Shown here: piece after piece, positions 36,541-43,335 of the stretch
Layout: every line of letters begins with the position of its first letter
Position numbering within the stretch: position 1 is the first letter of the stretch
NCBI RefSeq assembly: GCF_006345805.1
Contig: NW_021834891.1
Span: forward strand, 1 to 43,335
Origin: Octopus sinensis
Taxonomy: Eukaryota
DNA length: 43,335 nt
Reading direction: 5' to 3'
The notes under the pieces: generated by a model
Told to the model about the DNA's origin: nothing
Database searches by the model: none
What the model saw: only the letters and a program-made list of their open reading frames with translations
Position numbers and translations under genes: made by a program

Positions 36541-37050
36541 GAGAGAGAGAGAACAGTACTTGTCATCAAAGTGACACTAGGGTAAAATATACGAAGCCCA
36601 GTATACCCATCATGACTACCCGTTTGATAAGGGTATACTAGGCACATGTTTCACAACCACATGTGTGCCACATGATGATCTCATTTCAAGATAAACAGCA
36701 CATGACCTTGCAGGTGGGGCCCAGTTGGAAATGTCTTCAGTTGGAGTAGCCCATCCCGCTCAAAACGTCCCTAAATAAATTGTTTAAGGATGTTGAACAA
36801 ACCACCCATGTTTCCAAAGGTGAATTATCCAAACCTCCAAGAATGCCTCTCAACACGTGGCTATGATGCTCCCCCACTACTTCTGCTCATGATCAGAGAT
36901 GCACAAATCGTCAGCCACTAAGGGACATGCTCAAACTGGTTAAGGTCAAACAAATGACAAGCAAATCTGTTGTACTGAGCAGAATATGTGCTGCAGCCCA
37001 AAACTTCGAATCAGTTAAGATCAGAAACCATGAAAGCCACTGTGGGGCAT
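36540..37050 (-). mobile_element. Longest copy of the (AAT)n-tailed SINE-like retroposon
   Basis: Same family as 32514-32830, 37822-38012 and 41322-41600, extending further 5'. Confidence 0.7.
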
Positions 37051-37089
37051 TTATTATTATAATTGTTATCATTATTATTATTATTGTTA

Positions 37090-37142
<53 letters not shown>

Positions 37143-37176
37143 GTTGTTGTTGTTGTTGTTGTTGCTGTTGTAGTTG

Positions 37177-37222
<46 letters not shown>

Positions 37223-37292
37223 CTCCCAGCCAATTGCTTATAGATATACGTGTGTATATTGTTCTTGTAGCTGCTGTTTGTCCTTTACTTAC

Positions 37293-37412
37293 CAACACAT
37301 GTTCTTCTATTGAAATAATAGCCCCGTCTGCAGTAACAAGTAAAAGAGGTTCCTCTCTTGACGCATCTACCATTCTTCCCGCACCGATTCCATCTGCACG
37401 CTCCTCCGACGG
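37293..37412 (-). CDS. EMI-EGF gene exon: EGF repeat (AVGGACRWNRCGKNGRCVKRGTSFTCYCRRGYYFNRRTCV)
   Basis: ctgctttccag| ... |gtaagt. 120 nt, phase 1-1; differs from 33468-33587 by 4 nt. Confidence 0.93.
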
Positions 37413-37477
37413 CTGGAAAGCAGAACAGAAATAACACAATTATATATAACAATCAGAATCCTTTCAACATCATCATT

Positions 37478-37515
<38 letters not shown>

Positions 37516-37770
37516 AATTATCATCGTGGTCGTCGTCGTCGTTAGCAGAATCGTTTGCACGACGGTAAAAATGTTTGGCGGCATTTTGTCCGTCTTTACA
37601 TTCTGTGTTCAAATCCGCCTTTCTTTCAGGGTCAAGAAAACAAATTTATTGCGCTTAATTGCATGTATATAAAACAGATGCATTATTTGGGGTTGGGTCA
37701 ATGTAATAAGCACCAGTTATACACTGAGGTCGATGTAATCGACTAGTCCCCTTCTCCAAAATTTAGTGAA

Positions 37771-37823
<53 letters not shown>

Positions 37824-38059
37824 GTGAGAGAGCAGTGCATACCATCAAAGTGACACTGGGATAAAATATACGAAGCCCAGTATACCGCTCATGACAACCC
37901 GTCTCACAAGGGTACACCAGGCACATGCATCACAACCATATGTGTGCGACATGGGGATCTCATATCAAGATAAACAGCACATGACCTTGCAGGTGGGGCC
38001 CAGTTAGAATTTTTGTACCATCCTCATCATCATCATCATCATTGTGGTTGTTATTATTA

Positions 38060-38270
38060 AGGCGGTGAGCTGGCAGAGTCGTGAAAACGCCGGACAAAAT
38101 TCTTAGCGTTATTTCGTCGTAACGAGTTCAAAATCTGCCAATGTCGACGTTGGAATCCATCGTTTCGGAGTCGATGAAATGAGCACCATTGAAATATTAG
38201 GCTCAATGTAATCGACTGACCCCCACCTAACCCCAAAATATCAGGCCTTTTGCCTATTGTAGAATAAGTT
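38060..38270 (+). mobile_element. Meta-SINE-like element, diverged
   Basis: aggcggtgagctggcagagtc..gagttcaaatctgcc..gtcgatgaaatgagcacc..ggccttttgcctattgtagaa. Confidence 0.7.
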
Positions 38271-38608
38271 AGATGCACCATGTTCTTTTAACAGAAGTCA
38301 GACCTTTCTCAGCTCAGTTGCTGTGGCAAAGGGATTACATACATCAAAATGCACTCCATCTGATCAAATATGGTGGAAAGAAGACGAGACGATACGACGC
38401 TCATTTGCATATATTACAATATAAAACAGGAAAAAGAAAATTGAAGAAATAGCGATGTCTTTCTTCAAAGGATTGTGATACGAAAGAAAAAGGAAATTTG
38501 AAACGAGACCATTGGATGTCATATTTGGATATAAAATAGAAAATATCAAGAAAATATTAGGCCTTATCTACACATAACATCCGGAGAGAACTGAACACAT
38601 GTTCTTAC

Positions 38609-38685
38609 CTCTGCACCTTCCAGGCGTGCCGGTCCATCCTCTGCAGCATCTGCGACAGGTTGTAAGGATTCTCCTGGAAGCTGTA
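38609..38685 (-). CDS. EMI-EGF gene exon: EMI domain second half (RTASRRILTTCRRCCRGWTGTPGRCR)
   Basis: ctctcatttaacag| ... |gtaaga. 77 nt, phase 2-1, in frame with both neighbours. Contains the CC.GW.G...C EMI terminus. Confidence 0.9.
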
Positions 38686-39205
38686 CTGTTAAATGAGAGA
38701 AGGATAGAATAAAAGGATATATAACCAGAAGGATATATAACACAATGATGGTAAGTTCAGACAACCACACAAACACATACATACACACATACAAGTTACA
38801 CTTTCAGAATATACGACTGTGTAGTCTGAAAATGCGATTATCCTAAATAAAGTGCTTTTCACATTGAAGGCTCTGATGAAGCTAGAGCATGATATCCTGG
38901 TACTCAACTAATCCTCCACCACAACCTACATCAGAAACAGCTGTTAGCCAATGAAGTGCGTTACATAACCTTTGTTTTTGCCGGTGCCATTTCTTTGCTT
39001 TCTCTTACCATTTTACACTTATCTACAATTGAATTCTGGATCACACCTAGATTGAGTTCTACACCATATTGTTATTTTCGCTATGCCCAAGCGAAATATT
39101 AAGATATTAATGTGCGAGGGTAATGAATACTTTGTCATCGGTGGATGCCGTAATATTGAAAGTTTACTCTGTATAGAAAATCCGGAAAGGTGGCTTCGTA
39201 TTTAC

Positions 39206-39298
39206 CGGTATTTTGTACACCGTCTCAAAAACCAGCACCAGCTTCTTCGGGCCCTTTTGTAGGTCACGGTTTTATAACATCTCACTCGACATATTCCC
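39206..39298 (-). CDS. EMI-EGF gene exon: EMI domain first half (RGICRVRCYKTVTYKRARRSWCWFLRRCTKYR)
   Basis: ttctttttttccag| ... |gtaaat. 93 nt, phase 2-2. C...C..W..RC..YR EMI pattern. Confidence 0.9.
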
Positions 39299-39539
39299 CT
39301 GGAAAAAAAGAAAGAAGGAATATATAAGTGTGTGTGTGTGTATAAATATATATACATATACATATAAACGCATATAACACTATAAAAATAAAATCCCTTG
39401 AAGGAATGGGTGGGGGGTTCCAGAGATATAAAAAGACGAATATACAAAGAACTGACTTGCGATCGCCTTGGAAACAAGGCCACTACTCAACGACATTAGA
39501 TCACTAAGTGTCGATGTAATCGCCATCAGTGAAACTAGA

Positions 39540-41225
39540 CTTTCCGACCGACATGCTTTCTTGCCATCTTTCGCGGGATACGAGAAGTATTTATCTCCAT
39601 GTCAACCGGGAATCGGAGGTTGAACGGCGGCGTTGATCCGTAGGGGCATGGATCTCAACATAAGGACTATCTTCCTGGATCCAGAAGGAGAGATGATGGT
39701 CCTGGATGCGAATTGTAGTGACGGGGGTACTTACAGACAGGTACCTGTTTATACTCCGATAGAAGCAGGGAAGCCGTATATCTTCAGACATCGAGAGGTA
39801 TTCCTAGGAATGCCTCGAAATTTAGAGTTAGTGGGCAACTGGTACGGTGCCTTAGAGATACAATTGGACTGTGTGGGTCTAGCGAATAGAAAGCGGATGG
39901 TAAAAGCCTGTATGGGGTCAACCAGGTCGTATTTTGATGAGGAACGGGGTTCTATAGGCAAGTAGATTAACGTTAGTAGAAGTTGTTAACCTAGATAGGC
40001 TTAGAAGGCAGGGATCCGGTTACTGGAGGCTGAAAGCGTTGCTCCCAAAGTGCCAATCCAACAGAGACCGAATTAGACAATTAACTAAGATGGCGTTGAT
40101 GGGGCTAATCGTCAACAACAAATGATGGTTGGCGTTAGGTAGGTTTATTAAAGCATTAGTGGTAGAGATGGATAAAACAGAAGGGAATTTAGTCAGTAAC
40201 TTCGAAATGGCGCTTTGGAAGAACATTGCAGCTGACCTGCTTGCTGCAAGATTAGCTCTGGACCATTTGCTCAAAGATAAACACGAAGGTTGCCTTGTCA
40301 GATCTAAGGTGCACTCTGTAAGAGAAGAGGGAAGGAAAGCCCCATAATGGGGGTCGAATGACAGACGCACAACGTCAAAGCAAAGTCACTATTCAGTCTT
40401 TGGTGGACCAAAATGGGCGCAAGGAACTCCAACCGGAGAAGATGTGTGAGGTATTTCAAGATCCCTTTGGCAAATGTGTGGAACGTAAAGATATCCAGAA
40501 CGTAGGATGAACAAACGGATTAAGTCGATTATATCGATCCCAGTGTGTTACTGGTACTTATTTAATCGATCCCGAAAAGATGAAAGGCAAAGTCGACCTC
40601 GGCGGAATTTGAACTCACAACGTAACGGCTGTCGAAATACCGCTAAGCATTTCTCCCGTCGTGCTAACGATCCGCCTTTGTTTGACAGCCTTCTAGTAGA
40701 TCTGCCAGAACTGCTACCGTAACTGGTACCAGAACAGGCCATTTCCCAATTCTGTGAGTCTAGGAGCGGTGGCACTGCTAAAAATGGACCCAAACAAGGG
40801 AGATGAAATAGAAAACTAGGTTCATAACGCTGCTGAACACAGACATCAAACTTTCGAGCAGGCTGTTAGCAAAGGGGTCGGCGCTTATCATCGAAGAACT
40901 GCTCCCACTTGGAGGACGGATTCGGATTTCAGCTAAGTTATTGGTAAGGATCAGCCCGCTGCTTTCTTCCAACCGGGAGGGACAGGCATCTTTGCTTAGT
41001 CTAGTGGCCATAGCGAAAGAGGTTGCCTGGTGGACCTTGCTGAAAGGGCTGAAGACAGACACTTTCCTCTTTACCCAGAATCTCAAAGTGAGGGTAAAGA
41101 GGGAAGTGCTGCCACCTAGCAATTTTGTTAAAAGATGGGTGAATGTAGCTCGAATGGCCCTAGTGAATGGTCTTTCTAGAAGTACGCGCCTGTACATTAA
41201 GGGCACATGAAGTGAAGAGAGCATA
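39540..41225 (+). mobile_element. Decayed Tx1/L1-like LINE ORF2 (APE endonuclease and RT fragments), interrupted by a SINE at 40508-40676
   Basis: IFLDPEGEMMVLD..VYTP..LELVGNW..QLDCVG (APE-like); EGCLVRSKVHSVREEG (linker); RFITLLNTDIKLSSRLLAK (RT start, RPISLLNTDYK-like). Confidence 0.7.
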
Positions 41226-41321
41226 CACCCTAGATGTCAGAGTGATCGTTGTTTTTGTGGGGTTTCAATGAGCAGCCCCTTTTGTGTAAACCCTTAGTGG
41301 CGAAAAAAGAAATTATTATTA

Positions 41322-41600
41322 TTGAGTGAGAGAGCAGTGCATGCCATCAAAGTGACACCGTGGTAAAATATACGAAGCTCAGTATACCCATCATGACTAC
41401 CCGTCTGATAAGGGTACCCCAGGCACATGCATCACAACCATATGTGCGGGACATGGTGATCTCATATCAAGATAAATAGCGCATGATCTTGCAGGTGGGG
41501 ACCAGTTAGAATTTTCTTCTGGTCGAGAAGCCCATCCCACTCCAAAGTTCACTGAATAAGGGTTGTTTAAGGATGTTGAATAAGGGTTGTTTAAGCTATA
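41322..41600 (-). mobile_element. (AAT)n-tailed SINE-like retroposon fragment
   Basis: Same sequence as 32514-32830. Confidence 0.75.
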
Positions 41601-42011
41601 TTTGACCCGTCGCTCCGTTCTGATTTCGAATTCCCCAAAGTGCACTTTGCTTTCTTCCTTTCAACGTCGAGAAAATAACAGACTAGGCTCTATGTAATCG
41701 ACTCGCCCTCACCTCACCCCAAGCTGCTCTTGTGGCAGAAATTTGAAATCACACTAATTATCATTATTATTTGAAACAGTTTTATTTGGGCCCCTTCAGG
41801 TTCGTCGCTCCGTTACAGGAATCTGGCTTGTTGAAGATTGGCGCAACAGAACCAGAATATATCCAGAAAGTTGGTGGAACATCCCAATAGAATCAGCAAA
41901 CAGGATTAAATACAGCGGACCCTATATTGATGCAAGGATCAGGAAAACAAGTCAAGTACTTTTAGGAGAGATCGTCTGCCCAGTCGTATGTCAATATCTC
42001 ATCGTATTAAA

Positions 42012-42410
42012 GAAGCGAGCTGGCAGAAACGTTAGCACGCCGGGCGAGATGCTTAGCGGTATTTCGTCTGCCGTTACGTTCAGAGTTCAAATTCCGCCGA
42101 GGTCGACTTTGCCTTTCATCCTTTCGCGGTCAATAAATTAAGTGCCAGTTACACACTGGGGTCGATAAAATCGACTTAATCCCTTTGTCTGTTCTTGTTT
42201 GTCCTCTCTGTGTTTAGCTCCTTGTGAGTAGTAAAGAAATACGTATTTCGTCTGCCGTTAGGTTCTGAGTTCAATTTACGCCCAGGTCGACTTTGCCTTT
42301 CTTCCTTTCGGAGTCGATTAAATATGTACCAGTTACGCACTAGGGTCGATATAATCGACTGGCCCCCTCCCTCCAAATTTCGGGCCTTGTGCCTCAAGTA
42401 GAAAAGAATA
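42012..42410 (+). mobile_element. Meta-SINE-like element with one internal ~190-bp duplication
   Basis: Head gcgagctggcagaaacgttagcacgccgggc, B-box gagttcaaattcc, and the core repeated at ~42245. Reverse complement of the array at 20290-20955. Confidence 0.85.
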
Positions 42411-42821
42411 TCTCATCATATATTAAAGAAAAAGAGGGATCTATGGAGAACTGTTTGAAAAAATACAGTTATGATATACAGGCTATGGGTTTTCATTTCT
42501 ACCTACTGACAGAGATGCACTGGGCTAAGTAAAAACAGATCGACATAAAAACTACAAATGCTGGGGTAATTCAGGTACCCTGAGTCCCTTCTGTTGCAAT
42601 CGTTAGGGCCAAGCCCCACCTCACCCATTGCTTCCCACATATGCCAGGGGCCCTGAACAGAGCTACGGGCTCAACTCCTCTCTTTTCACTAAAACACTTA
42701 AAACATTCACACGAAGATAGACACGGTCCGATTATTTAATAAGAAAAAAGTAAAAAACCACAAGAAGCCCCGAAGAGGAAAGTGGCGATGTGAAACCGGG
42801 TGGAATGAAGCATTAACTTAC

Positions 42822-43335
42822 CGAGAACTGGACACAGCAAGGCTTTCTCCTTCGGTTGTTGAGTTTCCAGAATCAAGCGTTTCGCTAGAAACCGACGTTC
42901 CATTATTCAGTAAGAGACTCTCAGTCGCTGCTTCATCTTCACTCTCGGAATCTGCTTCATCCGCTGACTCCTCTTCGTCCACTGACTCGTCGTCACCCAC
43001 TGATAGTCCTCCATCGTTTGAGTCTTCATCCGCTGACTCGCCTTCATCCACTGACTCGTCTCCCACCACTGACTCGTCGTCGTCCACCCATAGTCCTCCA
43101 TTATTTGAGTCTTCACCCTCTGACTCGTCTTCATCCACTGACTTCTCTCCATCCACTAACTCGTCTTCACCGTCCTCTGACGACGCGTCATCCACCGGGA
43201 CTCCGTCCTCTTCTGATTCCTCTCCACCCTCTAACAATCCTTCGTCATCTGATTCTGCTCCACTCTCTTCTGGCTCTTCATTATCCGATGAAACATCATT
43301 TACCGACGGGTCTTTGTCCCCTAATGTGACATTCT
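42822..43335 (-). CDS. EMI-EGF gene exon: hyperacidic Asp/Glu/Ser-rich region (5' end outside the window)
   Basis: Frame is open from the window edge (NVTLGDKDPSV...EGESLAVSSSR) to the donor TCTCG|gtaagt. Phase 2 joins exon 39298 in frame. 66 of 171 residues are D/E. Confidence 0.88.

Noticed and set aside
35641-36647. Poly-His, poly-Met and poly-Asp ORFs suggesting a histidine-rich or metal-binding protein
   Set aside because: They come from an intronic (CAT)n tract with no splice sites. The real exon here is the minus-strand cbEGF at 35645-35764, in another frame.
42012-42100. tRNA-like A/B-box sequences (also 14214, 19255, 34750-34828)
   Set aside because: These are SINE heads followed by SINE bodies, with no complete cloverleaf or anticodon arm recognisable.
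42907-43329. Overlapping ORFs (PLTRLH repeats on +, QWMK/TTSQW repeats on -)
   Set aside because: They are alternative frames of the repetitive acidic exon. Only the D/E frame is in phase with the downstream EMI exon.

Overview
AT-rich, microsatellite- and transposon-dense animal genomic DNA, with no prokaryotic features. The SINE, LINE and microsatellite complement suggests an octopod cephalopod (inference only). Two intron-containing genes converge. (1) On the + strand, 1-~12.2 kb holds the 3' end of a death-domain gene or pseudogene. It is built from tandemly duplicated intron-exon cassettes: small exons at 844-921, 4199-4276, 7516-7563 and 10073-10143, then a terminal death-domain exon ending at 11910. 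(2) On the - strand, ~31.3-43.3 kb holds the 3' part of a probably secreted protein gene. I could splice it in frame through seven coding exons with canonical GT-AG sites: a ~39% Asp/Glu exon, a two-exon EMI domain, then EGF, cbEGF, EGF, cbEGF. The visible acidic block is about -63 net charge and the Arg-rich EMI/EGF block about +56, i.e. a block polyampholyte, which is the most striking feature of the window. The ~19 kb spacer and the introns contain RTE, R4/Dong-like and Tx1/L1-like LINE remnants, several tRNA-derived SINE families, and Tc1, Chapaev-like, Helitron and Merlin-like DNA-transposon pieces. They also contain a fold-back 490-bp tandem repeat and two minimal type-I hammerhead-ribozyme motifs. 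Most ORFs in the supplied track are microsatellite or repeat artefacts. All family assignments come from motif recognition by eye, not from database searches.
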